Shown here piece after piece: positions 18,192-27,286 of a stretch of 35,366 nucleotides of DNA. The stretch comes from Methanocella sp. (lineage in GTDB: Archaea > Thermoproteota > Bathyarchaeia > Bathyarchaeales > Bathycorpusculaceae). Both the position numbers and the translations under genes were made by a program. Positions within the stretch are counted from its first letter, which is position 1. Each line of letters starts with the position of its first letter. The notes beneath the pieces are model-generated. The model saw only the letters and a list, made by a program, of their open reading frames with translations, searched no databases and was not told the origin of the DNA. The stretch is taken from assembly GCA_050261115.1 (NCBI GenBank), contig JBLNCY010000032.1:1-35366 (forward strand), in the 5' to 3' direction.

Positions 18192-18710
18192 ATGTCCATG
18201 CAAGCCCTCAAACGCACTCTAAGCTCCCGGCGGTTTTGGATTTGGCAACTTGGCGGCGCAGCAATCTACGCCATACCCGTCACCATCCGATTAGTAACGG
18301 GCAACGTGGTGCTTCCTGTTCTGGGGTTGCTTGAGAATCCCTGGATAGATCACTTTGTACCCGCCAACATGGCTGAGAAAATTTTAGTGAATGGCTTCTT
18401 TCCGGGTGCGGCTGGGGCGGTTGCGGGCGAAATCTTTTTCACATACAAAAACGGCGAATCGGCAATCAGTAAACGGCGTAAGTACGGTTACCGCTTGGCA
18501 GGGGCAATGTTCTATGCAACGTTGTGGTCGCTTTTCCAGTTATTCGGCTACTTAGCAAACATAACAGCGTCCTATGGAAGCAACCTCTTTGAGTACCCCG
18601 GCGTCTACCCAGTTAATTTTCTTTTAGCGGCAGGCTCCATATTCACACCCACAATAGTCGGCTTCCTCAAAACAAGCCTCATAAAAGCTTATCATAAGCT
18701 CGGGGAGTAA
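18192..18710 (+). CDS. Hypothetical integral membrane protein (~4 TM)
   Basis: Hydrophobic ORF. TTTTATAATA at 18161-18170 supports a leaderless ATG at 18192. Confidence 0.7.
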   Translation: MSMQALKRTLSSRRFWIWQLGGAAIYAIPVTIRLVTGNVVLPVLGLLENPWIDHFVPANMAEKILVNGFFPGAAGAVAGEIFFTYKNGESAISKRRKYGYRLAGAMFYATLWSLFQLFGYLANITASYGSNLFEYPGVYPVNFLLAAGSIFTPTIVGFLKTSLIKAYHKLGE

Positions 18711-18743
18711 ACGGTTAATACCCAGAATCGCCTAAGTTTTGGT

Positions 18744-19232
18744 ATGTCATTTCATGTAAGACGCAAAGACCGCGAAATCACCGATCCTGCAGAGATGCGC
18801 CAAGTCCTTAAAACCACCAAATACATCACCATAGCCCTCTGTATGAATAACGAACCCTACCTCGTCACCTTAAGCCATGGATATGACGTCGAACGCAACT
18901 GCATCTACTTCCACTGTGCGCCTGAGGGCAAAAAACTCGTCTACGCCCAAGCTAACAATCATGTGTGGGGGCAGGCGGTGCTCGATTATGGGGTGACTGA
19001 CGAGTGTGACTACGCTTATACGTCGGTGCATTTCAGCGGCCACCTCGTCTTAGTAACGGAGGCTGAGGAGAAGCGTCATGCACTCGAGACCCTGGTACGC
19101 CAACTCTCACGCACGCCCGAAGAGAAGCTAGCAAAAGTCAAGCCGGAGAAGCTTGCTAAAACCACGATGGGCCGCATCGACATCACTTACATGACAGGCA
19201 AGAAGCATCAGGCGCCGCCTAAGCAGCTTTAA
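18744..19232 (+). CDS. Pyridoxamine 5'-phosphate oxidase-like / NimA flavin-binding split-barrel protein
   Basis: RRKDREI, PYLVTL, IYFHCAPEGKK, YTSVHFSG, ITYMTGK. Confidence 0.9.
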   Translation: MSFHVRRKDREITDPAEMRQVLKTTKYITIALCMNNEPYLVTLSHGYDVERNCIYFHCAPEGKKLVYAQANNHVWGQAVLDYGVTDECDYAYTSVHFSGHLVLVTEAEEKRHALETLVRQLSRTPEEKLAKVKPEKLAKTTMGRIDITYMTGKKHQAPPKQL

Positions 19233-21169
19233 CTGTCAAGCCTGCTCTGGTCTATTTGGTAGACGTATTGTCCGCTTTGGTCGTAGACGTTTATTAACCA
19301 ATCAATCGAGTTGAAGTGATCTAGGCAGTTGGGGTAGTGGCTCAGTTCTTGGTCGCCGACATAGATGTAGGCAACGTTGTATTGGCGGACAAGGCTTTCT
19401 AGCTGCGTTGCGGTTCCATTGTAGGCGTTGTCTATGGCTTTTTCTCGAGCCCAAATATCCTCCAAGGGAATGCCATGCCCGTAGGGCCAATTGATATCAG
19501 AGGAAACCCGTAGTCGGCCCCCTATCATGCTGGTGGGTGCATGAATGAAGTAGTAAGTTAAAAATACGCTATTCTCAGGGGTGTTCTCCCTTGCCCACAT
19601 ACCCACATCGTACTCTGCCCAGGTCGCGCCCAAAAATTCCGTGTTGACATTGTATACAATGACGCTTAGGGATGTCAGAATTGAGAGCAGCACCAAGGCA
19701 AAAACTATGACTCGGCGGGTTTTGGCTAAGGCAATACCTGCCAATGCAGCGATGGGTATCCAGGCGAAAATGAAGAACTTGTACATGTCCCATACGTTGG
19801 GGGTGAAAATGATGAAGTGGGGAATAATAATTAGAGCCAGCATGGTGCCTTTGAGGTACCAGTTGCCTCGCCTAAAGAAGCAGTACACCGCAAGTATGAG
19901 GGGTATACCGAGGTTTAGGATGTAGAAGGTGAGGGGATTTTTGATGAATTGAATTGCCCAGGCCGTGTTTAGGGTTGCTTGGAATGAGGCGCCTCCGCCC
20001 AGAATAAACGGCAACGCCACCAGCGAGGGTAACACGAAGGTTAGGTAGCTGGGCTTGAATTTTTTAAGGCTGAATAGAAGAGCAAACGCGTAGGCTACAA
20101 AGCAGCAGAAGAACGCTACATTGTTAAACTGATAAACTAGCCCCGTAACTAAGCCTGCAAGCAGCAAGCGTTTTTTGTCATCTAAGTCGTTTAGCAGAAT
20201 TAAAACTAAAGCAAAGGCGGGTAACCCAACTAGCATGGGTCGCTGCTGGATCAGGTTATCGTATATGGGTGGTAGGCTGAAGGTGCCGCCGTACTCAAAA
20301 AAACTATTCCAATTAATCGGCTGACCGCTGAAGAGAGCGGGGAAAATGTTGAAGAAGCCTAAGCCCCAGCCGAACGTACCCATCACCGCTGCCGCAACCG
20401 CAGCTTTCCGCCCATACGGCCGAACCAACGCATACATTGCAACTGCAAATATCGTGATGAAAACGGCATTTAGAACCGGCAGGAGTGTGGGGAGGTAGCC
20501 GTAGGTCCTTTCAACAATGGCGGTGTGAAAGTCAACGAAGTAGTGGTAGCTTAGGGGGGTGCCGACGTAGTTGGGGGTTTGGGGTGGGAAGTTGCCGTTG
20601 TTGAGGCTTTCGATGATTTCGTAGTGGAAGGGTGTGTCTTGCCAGTTGGCGCCAGTGATTACTATGCCGTAGTCGTTGGTGAACCAGACGGTTTTTAGAA
20701 GCACCCCAAGCGAGATAAGCAGAATCAACACAAAGAGCACAAGCGTTGTAACGTTTATTTTACGGAGCTTTTGCCTTAGCTGTCGGGGTTTGAATTCTTG
20801 ACCTTTCTTGTAAACAACTAATGTATATGTCGCCGCTAAAACCAGAAAACAAACCGAGAGCGTATTGTTTGTGTAACCAAGCAGCAACGACATCGCATAG
20901 ATGAATGTCACCGAAGTTAACACGCTAAAGATTGGCACGAATGCCCATTTCTCGTGCGCTTTTAAGTTAAAGAAGCGGTAGAAGCTCAAGCCAGGCACAA
21001 TAAGCGTGAAGACTAATGCGGCAAAGACTGAGAAGTAGGTTTGGGCAAATGACGCGGCCGCTAAGAGGAATAAAACTATGGATAGCCAGTACTGTTCCAA
21101 CACCGGCCGACTTGCAGTGCCTACCGCTTTACCGATGCTCATACCATAGTAGCTGCAAATTTTATCCAT
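19229..21169 (-). CDS. Large GT-C-like multipass membrane protein (YYY/DUF2298-like)
   Basis: Many TMs, an external loop WQDTPFH...FPPQTP...PLSYHY, and a C-terminal soluble domain WARENTPENSVFL...YIYVG-x2-E. Start may be 21142. Confidence 0.7.
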   Translation of the reverse strand: MDKICSYYGMSIGKAVGTASRPVLEQYWLSIVLFLLAAASFAQTYFSVFAALVFTLIVPGLSFYRFFNLKAHEKWAFVPIFSVLTSVTFIYAMSLLLGYTNNTLSVCFLVLAATYTLVVYKKGQEFKPRQLRQKLRKINVTTLVLFVLILLISLGVLLKTVWFTNDYGIVITGANWQDTPFHYEIIESLNNGNFPPQTPNYVGTPLSYHYFVDFHTAIVERTYGYLPTLLPVLNAVFITIFAVAMYALVRPYGRKAAVAAAVMGTFGWGLGFFNIFPALFSGQPINWNSFFEYGGTFSLPPIYDNLIQQRPMLVGLPAFALVLILLNDLDDKKRLLLAGLVTGLVYQFNNVAFFCCFVAYAFALLFSLKKFKPSYLTFVLPSLVALPFILGGGASFQATLNTAWAIQFIKNPLTFYILNLGIPLILAVYCFFRRGNWYLKGTMLALIIIPHFIIFTPNVWDMYKFFIFAWIPIAALAGIALAKTRRVIVFALVLLSILTSLSVIVYNVNTEFLGATWAEYDVGMWARENTPENSVFLTYYFIHAPTSMIGGRLRVSSDINWPYGHGIPLEDIWAREKAIDNAYNGTATQLESLVRQYNVAYIYVGDQELSHYPNCLDHFNSIDWLINVYDQSGQYVYQIDQSRLDS

Positions 21170-21252
21170 TTAAAAATTGCTAGTTCTCCCGCGGAGGGGT
21201 TTTCTCAAAAAAGATAAAGGCACAAAGATACATTACCTCAACAGATTCGGGC

Positions 21253-22500
21253 ATGCTTACCAGAAAAGAACTCCTGAGCTTTAACAAAAAAACAGCCATG
21301 GTACTTCTTGTTCTGTTTGTTGTGGCGTTTTTTGTTTACCTTGCCACTGGGGAAGGACACGCAACCTACTATGACTATTATGTGCGTTTATCTGACGCTT
21401 TTCTGCATGGCCGATTATACCTGCTTGAGAACCCTAGTTGGTTAAACGAGCTTATACCCAACCCCTCAGGCCCCGGCTACTATGTCGTTTATCCGCCGCT
21501 GCCTGCGGTCCTTATGCTGCCGTTTGTAGCAGTCTTCGGCGTCACCTTAAACCAGACACTTTTTGGGTTATTCTTCGCAGCCGCCACCGTTGCCCTCGCA
21601 TACCTGGTTGCCAAATCTGCCTTAGCTAAGATGCAGCAGTCAACTGCCCAATCTAGGCGCACGTACGTATGGTTTGCGGTGCTGTTCGGCTTTGGCACCA
21701 TCTTTTGGTATCTCTCAAGCATCGGTTCTGTCTGGTTGATTGCGCAGGTCATCGCCACATTCTTTATGATGCTGGCGCTCTACGAAAGCCTAAACAAAAA
21801 CCGACCCCTACTTGTCGGCTTGCTTGTCGGCGCTTCCTTCTGGTGTCGATTGCCGACTGCGCTGGGCATCTTTTTCTTCGCCGCACTTGCAATCGCTCAG
21901 CAGCAAAACCCGGGCTGGCTAAATAAATTCAAAGCCGCCCTGCCTTACTTGATACGATTGGCTGCGGGGATGGCTGTTTTTGTGCTGCTAGAGTTTGCCT
22001 ATAACTATGCTCGGTTCGGGACAGTCTTTAATGTCGGCTACTGGTTGATTCCCGGAGTGATGGAGGAACCCTGGTTCCAGCATGGCCACTTCAGTCTGCT
22101 CTACATCGCTGACAACCTTAAACCCTTCCTGCTGGGGTTACCAATGCTGGCTTCGGCTCCGCCCTATGTTCAGTTCCCGATGAGTGGCATGGCCATTTGG
22201 TTCACCACCCCCGCTTTCCTGTTTGCATTACGATCAAAGCTTAAGGATAAAGTAACCTTATGCGCTTGGCTTGGCATTCTCTGTATCGCCGCCGTCATAT
22301 TCACTAATGCCGCGACGGGATGGGGCTTTGGCTACCGTTACGCCGTGGACTTCTACCCCTTCCTATTCCTCTTGACTGTTCGAGGCATGGGAGGCAACCT
22401 GAAATGGTACCATAAACTGCTAATCATCCTAGGGATAGTCGTTAACTTGGTGGGTGTGGTGGCGATTAACTTGTTCCCCGATGCAAGAGTCCTCGTCTAA
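21253..22500 (+). CDS. GT-C-like multipass membrane glycosyltransferase
   Basis: YYVVYPPLPA loop after TM1, about 10 TMs, YNYARFG, FGYRYAVD. Confidence 0.72.
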   Translation: MLTRKELLSFNKKTAMVLLVLFVVAFFVYLATGEGHATYYDYYVRLSDAFLHGRLYLLENPSWLNELIPNPSGPGYYVVYPPLPAVLMLPFVAVFGVTLNQTLFGLFFAAATVALAYLVAKSALAKMQQSTAQSRRTYVWFAVLFGFGTIFWYLSSIGSVWLIAQVIATFFMMLALYESLNKNRPLLVGLLVGASFWCRLPTALGIFFFAALAIAQQQNPGWLNKFKAALPYLIRLAAGMAVFVLLEFAYNYARFGTVFNVGYWLIPGVMEEPWFQHGHFSLLYIADNLKPFLLGLPMLASAPPYVQFPMSGMAIWFTTPAFLFALRSKLKDKVTLCAWLGILCIAAVIFTNAATGWGFGYRYAVDFYPFLFLLTVRGMGGNLKWYHKLLIILGIVVNLVGVVAINLFPDARVLV

Positions 22501-22615
22501 AATGGCAGGGTACATAAAAAGTGTATAGTTATCGGTGGTTTGTCGAGGTATATAGGGGTAGAATGCGAGAAAAGCTTAATTAACTCATTACCGTGTATTG
22601 TTGCGGCGCATAGTT

Positions 22616-22693
22616 GCCCAGGTAGTATAGTTCGGTCTAGTATATGCGGCTGTCGCCCGCAGGACCCGGGTCCGAATCCCGGCCTGGGCGCCA
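22616..22693 (+). tRNA. tRNA-Asp(GTC), CCA encoded
   Basis: GCCCAGG/CCTGGGC-G-CCA acceptor, TGCGG-CTGTCGC-CCGCA anticodon arm, T-loop TCCGAAT. Promoter-like GAAAAGCTTAATTA upstream. Confidence 0.95.
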
Positions 22694-22774
22694 CTTCTCC
22701 CAAAACATTTTTAGAGTCTGTTTTAGCAACCCAATACGTAGTATAAAACCGTAGACGCCGGGTTTCTGTTTGCA

Positions 22775-24358
22775 TTAAAGGTGCAGAGCAGCCATCACGC
22801 GCTCAATAAGACCCAAAAATACCCCTATAACCGCGCCAATAATACCCAGGCCACTGACCGTAACCTGCAAATTATTGATGTCTCCTCTAGTAATCGACCG
22901 TGTCAATAACAACCCAGTGCCCGCACAGAAAACGAAAACAACCACACCTAGCAAAAGCTCAACCAAGCTACTAAAGGAGACAGCAGAGATGAACCCGTAA
23001 GTTAATGCTGCAGCGACCGCTGAGGAGAGGAGGATTTTTGCAGATGCGCCCCAGTCTACTGTGACGCCGTATTTTTTTCTTATCCAGTAAAGGGAAATTA
23101 CTAAGCTGGGCAAGCCTTCGATTAGTGAGGTTACTATTAAGCCTAGGACGCCGAATTGGAGGACAAGTATAGAGCCTATCGGGATACCTATGGCTGCAGT
23201 TAGAATGGTTGTTTTTAGAATAAAGGTGGTGTGTCCTTGGCTGTTGATGAGGTTGCTTGTGCTCAAGTTCCCAAAAGCTGCATAAGAGTAGCCGATTGCC
23301 AGCAAAGCTAAGAATAATGGTGCCGCTTCATAGCTGTTACCAAAGAGTACGCTAACGCCGGGTTCAGACAGCGCCATCACAAGCGCCACAACGGGCACTA
23401 CAAGCAGTGAAGCATACTTGACTGAGAACTGATATACCTGCTTGAGGGTAGTTTGGTCTTTTTGGTGGTCGAGTTTTGAGAACGCTGGAAACATCATGGT
23501 AGTTATGGGTGTGGAGAAGAAACCGATTAAGACAATAAATGTCTGAGCTACCCCATAATTGCCGATCAGGGTGTTATCTGATACGTAATGGATGGGTAGC
23601 AAAAACATGTAGTACTGTGCCATGAAGCTGGCAACAATAACTGCTACTGAGAGAGGGAGGCCATAGCCAAGCATCTCTTTTAAGTACGCCCTGACTTCGA
23701 GCTTAAGGCTGAATGGTTTAGGCAAGGTCTTATAAATTGTCAGAAGCAGCACCAATCCGATTAAGCCTGCAAGAAAAGTGGCCCCAACCAAACCCCAGAC
23801 AGCGCCAGAGGTACCAAACCCCAAGACTACAAGCCCAATGATTAATGCTGTTTTGATAATGGATAGGCAGATATTCATCACGCTGTTTAGGGCCATACGT
23901 TCAAGCCCGGTGAAGGCGGCAGAGACGACGCTGATTACCCCGCTGGCTAAGATATAGAAAGAGGCAATCTGCATCAACGGCGCCAACATAGGACGGTTAA
24001 ACACGCTGCCGGCGATGAAGTCTGATAGCCCAAAAGAAATCAGACACAACACCAAACCGGAGGCAAACTCGAAAACTAACCCCGAGAATATGACACTACG
24101 CACTTCGTCTAGTCGGCCTTCCGCACGGTACTTGGCGGTGAATCGTATCATAGCATAAGTTATGCCCCAATCCCTGAAAATCAAAATCAAATTTGGCGCA
24201 ACTAAAGCGATTGTATAGAGACCATATGCGTCCGAACCCAGCAAACGAGCAATGAAGATTACGCCAACCGCAGAAATTACTGAAGAAACCACTAGTCCCC
24301 AGAGGACGTTGAAGCCTCCTTTGGCTGATACTTTAGCGATGTCGGCAGCGTTACTCAT
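22775..24358 (-). CDS. Oligosaccharide flippase (Wzx/MATE-like MOP family)
   Basis: IARLLGSDAYGLY, DWGI, YGLPL, IGNYGVA, MFPAFS, ~14 TMs. Start MSNAAD at 24358. Confidence 0.9.
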   Translation of the reverse strand: MSNAADIAKVSAKGGFNVLWGLVVSSVISAVGVIFIARLLGSDAYGLYTIALVAPNLILIFRDWGITYAMIRFTAKYRAEGRLDEVRSVIFSGLVFEFASGLVLCLISFGLSDFIAGSVFNRPMLAPLMQIASFYILASGVISVVSAAFTGLERMALNSVMNICLSIIKTALIIGLVVLGFGTSGAVWGLVGATFLAGLIGLVLLLTIYKTLPKPFSLKLEVRAYLKEMLGYGLPLSVAVIVASFMAQYYMFLLPIHYVSDNTLIGNYGVAQTFIVLIGFFSTPITTMMFPAFSKLDHQKDQTTLKQVYQFSVKYASLLVVPVVALVMALSEPGVSVLFGNSYEAAPLFLALLAIGYSYAAFGNLSTSNLINSQGHTTFILKTTILTAAIGIPIGSILVLQFGVLGLIVTSLIEGLPSLVISLYWIRKKYGVTVDWGASAKILLSSAVAAALTYGFISAVSFSSLVELLLGVVVFVFCAGTGLLLTRSITRGDINNLQVTVSGLGIIGAVIGVFLGLIERVMAALHL

Positions 24359-24540
24359 GCAAGGGCATCTCTGCCAAACTTGCACCTGCCTCTAGTTTAT
24401 TGTTTACGGTAAAAAGACCCAATCTAGACAGGACAAATCGCCATTCCCATGACGCCTATAGCGTCCAAGTGTCAGCAAAGCAAACAAAACACAAAGCTTG
24501 AACAAAATTGAAACAAAAGAAAAGAAGCTAAGAATTTAGC

Positions 24541-26412
24541 TTAGTTAGTTTCGGTGTTTTCGTCGCTTTCTTCGGTTGGGACGGTTTGGTCGTTGTCTGC
24601 CGTATCCGCCTCTGAATGCGCCGCCTGGGGCGCCTCTAAAGGGTGGGCCGTTATGTGGGCCTCCTCCACAACAACCGGTTGAATTAGCCGCGAATCAACT
24701 ACCTGTTCCATGACTTTTTCAAGGGTAATTTCAGCTGGGGCATGCTCGGTTACTTCAAATGCGTGCAGAGGAGCTGCCGGTACTGGTTCAGCTACTTCAA
24801 CTGGTGCTGCATCAGCGGCCATGAGTTCTTCTTCGACGGCTGGAGCGTCTTGGATCATTTCTTCGTCTACCGCTGGAACTTCAACAGTTGCCTCGGCTAC
24901 GGGTGTTTCTTCAACAGGAACCTCAACGGCTGCTTCAACGAATGGAGCTTCTTCAACTATTTCTGCTGGGGCAGCTTCTTCCATTGGGATTTCGGTGACT
25001 TCTTGAGCTTGAACAACTGGAGCTTCCTCAACAATCTCTGCTGCTTCTGCTGGAGCGGCTTCTTCAACTACCGCCTCTTCAACTGCCGCTTCTGCGGCTG
25101 GGGCTTCTACGGCTGGCTCAGGAGATTCAACTGGGGCTGCCTCTTCAATCTGTGCCTCAACTGGGGTCTCAATTGCTGCCTCGACTGGAGCCTCAATGGT
25201 TATTGGGGCTTCTTCGACTGGAGCTTCCATGATAACTGGAGCTTCTTCAACAGGTGCAGCTTCAACAACTGGCTCGGCCTCAATGGGGGCTTCTTGGACT
25301 GCAGGGGCTTCCTCAACTGCAAACTCAACTGGGGCTGCTTCAACGAATGAAGATTCTTCAACCGCTACTTCTGCAGGGGCAGATTCATCCATTTGAATTT
25401 CAGTGACTTCTTGAGCTTGAACAACTGGAGCTTCCTCAACAAGCTCTGCTGCTTCTGCTGGAGCGACCTCGGTGATTTGGGCTTCGACCACTTCTGGTGC
25501 TGGAGCTTCTTCAACGATTACTGGAGCCTCAACTGGTGCTTCAACAATTGTTTCCTCTACGGGTGTGCTTTCGACTGCTGGCGTCGCTTCTGCAACTGGT
25601 GCAGTCTCGATTGGCGCGCATTCAACTGGCGCTGCCTCTGCAACTGGTGTCGCTTCAACTGGGACTTCTATTGCAGGAGCGGTTTCCATTGGTGCAGCCT
25701 CAAGAGGGGCTTCGACTGGTGTAACCTCAACGGGGGCCTCTATTGGAGCTTGGGCCTCGGGGGAAGCTTCAGCTACTGGAGCGGCTGTTTCCATTGGGGC
25801 TTGTTCAGCTTGAGCTGTCTCTAATGGGGCTTCAGTGGGTGCAGTTTCAATTGGCGCTGTTTCAACAGATGTAGATTCTTGGGCTGTCACTGTTTCCACG
25901 ATTGCGGGTTGGATTGTGGCAGTTTCAACCGGAACTTCTACGGGGGTTGATTCGATTGGCGCTTGAATAGCTGGAGCGGCGACGGGTTCAGCAATTACTG
26001 GGGCTTCTACTGCTGCTTTTGGAGCAGGGAAAAGCTGGGTAATTGCACCTTTTATTGTGCATAACTCGTTCTTTGTTGTATCAACGATGTTTGAGAGGAG
26101 TGCGAGTTCTCTTCCGTAGATTTCATCGTCGATTTCGCCGACTACATGCTGGATTTCATAGTTTGCAAGGAGCATTTCTAGAGTTTTTAGTTGGTTCTCT
26201 AGTTCGCTGGTTTTTAGCTGCATTTTTTCTCCGAGTTCTTTACGCTGAATTTCTAGATCAGCGATTGCTTTTTCGATGTCAGCTGTGAATGAGTCGCGGG
26301 TTTCCTGGGAGATCTTGCCTTGGGCGAAGAGGTTGTCTAGGGCCTGCTTCTTCTTGGTGGCGATCTCGTATTCTTCATTTAACCTTTTGAACGTGTATTT
26401 CCATGAAATCAA
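24541..26412 (-). CDS. CdvA-like coiled-coil protein with long Glu/Ala/Pro/Val-rich tail
   Basis: N-terminal ~125-aa coiled coil (KKKQALDNL-x3-GKISQ...YEIQHVVGEID) resembles the CdvA coiled-coil domain. The rest is low-complexity EAPVE-type repeats. TTG start with GGTG upstream. Confidence 0.75.
   Translation of the reverse strand: MISWKYTFKRLNEEYEIATKKKQALDNLFAQGKISQETRDSFTADIEKAIADLEIQRKELGEKMQLKTSELENQLKTLEMLLANYEIQHVVGEIDDEIYGRELALLSNIVDTTKNELCTIKGAITQLFPAPKAAVEAPVIAEPVAAPAIQAPIESTPVEVPVETATIQPAIVETVTAQESTSVETAPIETAPTEAPLETAQAEQAPMETAAPVAEASPEAQAPIEAPVEVTPVEAPLEAAPMETAPAIEVPVEATPVAEAAPVECAPIETAPVAEATPAVESTPVEETIVEAPVEAPVIVEEAPAPEVVEAQITEVAPAEAAELVEEAPVVQAQEVTEIQMDESAPAEVAVEESSFVEAAPVEFAVEEAPAVQEAPIEAEPVVEAAPVEEAPVIMEAPVEEAPITIEAPVEAAIETPVEAQIEEAAPVESPEPAVEAPAAEAAVEEAVVEEAAPAEAAEIVEEAPVVQAQEVTEIPMEEAAPAEIVEEAPFVEAAVEVPVEETPVAEATVEVPAVDEEMIQDAPAVEEELMAADAAPVEVAEPVPAAPLHAFEVTEHAPAEITLEKVMEQVVDSRLIQPVVVEEAHITAHPLEAPQAAHSEADTADNDQTVPTEESDENTETN
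24995..25465. repeat. 63-bp direct repeat pair (24995-25057 and 25403-25465), one mismatch
   Basis: GTGACTTCTTGAGCTTGAACAACTGGAGCTTCCTCAACAA[T/G]CTCTGCTGCTTCTGCTGGAGCG, with a 408-bp (136-codon) offset. It encodes APAEAAE[I/L]VEEAPVVQAQEVT. Confidence 0.95.
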
Positions 26413-26837
26413 TTACTTAACACCGCAGGCTTGTATCGCAAAAACAGAGATAACGTTTGTTAACATGCACATATATATGACAGTAATAAGATCGTGCGTA
26501 CGTGGAAAAAAACGTCAGTTTTATAGTAAAAAAGCGCGGGTTTAGAGCGGTTTTATGTAGATGAAGGCGGCAATTTTTTAAGGCTACCCCCGTCGAAGAA
26601 TAACAGGTTCATGTAAATACCAAGCGGCCAAGAGCGCCGTTATACTAATATACAGTGCAAAGGAATTGGCCAACACGCAACCGATAGTGTAACCCCAAAC
26701 CAGAGAACACCAAGAAAAACACATCGCCCCAATTTAAACAAGTTTAAACAAAACCCGCGTTGTTATGATTTTTCGCCATTCATGTCAACAATTCTTATTT
26801 TACCAAACATTGTATAGACAGATAATGAGGTGCAACA

Positions 26838-27197
26838 ATGGTAGCTCTAACCATAACCGTAAACGGAGAAAGATCCGAAGCCCGTATAGTCAAAAAAATG
26901 CATGAACACATAGTCAAAAACTTCTTAGACACCATAATCATGGCGGAACTACAAAATGGACCTAAAAGCGGATATGACATTATAACCTACATCCACACCA
27001 AACACGGCTGCCTCGTAAGCAGCGGCACCGTCTACTCACTTCTCTACTCACTAGAAAGAAATAACCTCCTAGAAGGCATATGGATAGACCGCAAACGAGT
27101 CTACAAACTCACCTCCAAAGGCACCCAAACCATTCAAACCATCCTAGCCTCACGTGAAAAAATCAGAAGCCTCCTCTCAACCATCCTCTCAACCTAA
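26838..27197 (+). CDS. PadR-family transcriptional regulator
   Basis: GPKSGYDI...SSGTVYSLLYSLER...RKRVYKLTSKG, with a GAGGTG RBS. Confidence 0.92.
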   Translation: MVALTITVNGERSEARIVKKMHEHIVKNFLDTIIMAELQNGPKSGYDIITYIHTKHGCLVSSGTVYSLLYSLERNNLLEGIWIDRKRVYKLTSKGTQTIQTILASREKIRSLLSTILST

Positions 27198-27286
27198 AAC
27201 AAGCCCCTACCCACTAGTTTTTACTATTTTAAAAACGAAACACTAAAAAACCCCCTCACATGTTTAATGTGCGCAACAGATAGCGC

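Noticed and set aside
22497-22775. ORFs 22497-22775 (-) and 22540-22746 (+)
   Set aside because: They overlap tRNA-Asp and are spurious.
24710-25824. Several + strand ORFs (e.g. 24742-25350, 25393-25824) rich in W/C/F/N or S/T/G/A
   Set aside because: Antisense shadows of the repetitive EAPVE-coding strand, with no RBS or independent signal.
24541-26020. Repeats resembling a CRISPR array or VNTR
   Set aside because: Units are degenerate, in frame and protein-coding, with no constant repeat/unique spacer pattern and no cas genes.
26535-26759. 9-bp inverted repeat CGCGGGTTT / AAACCCGCG as MITE ends
   Set aside because: Too short, with no target-site duplication and no second copy in the window.
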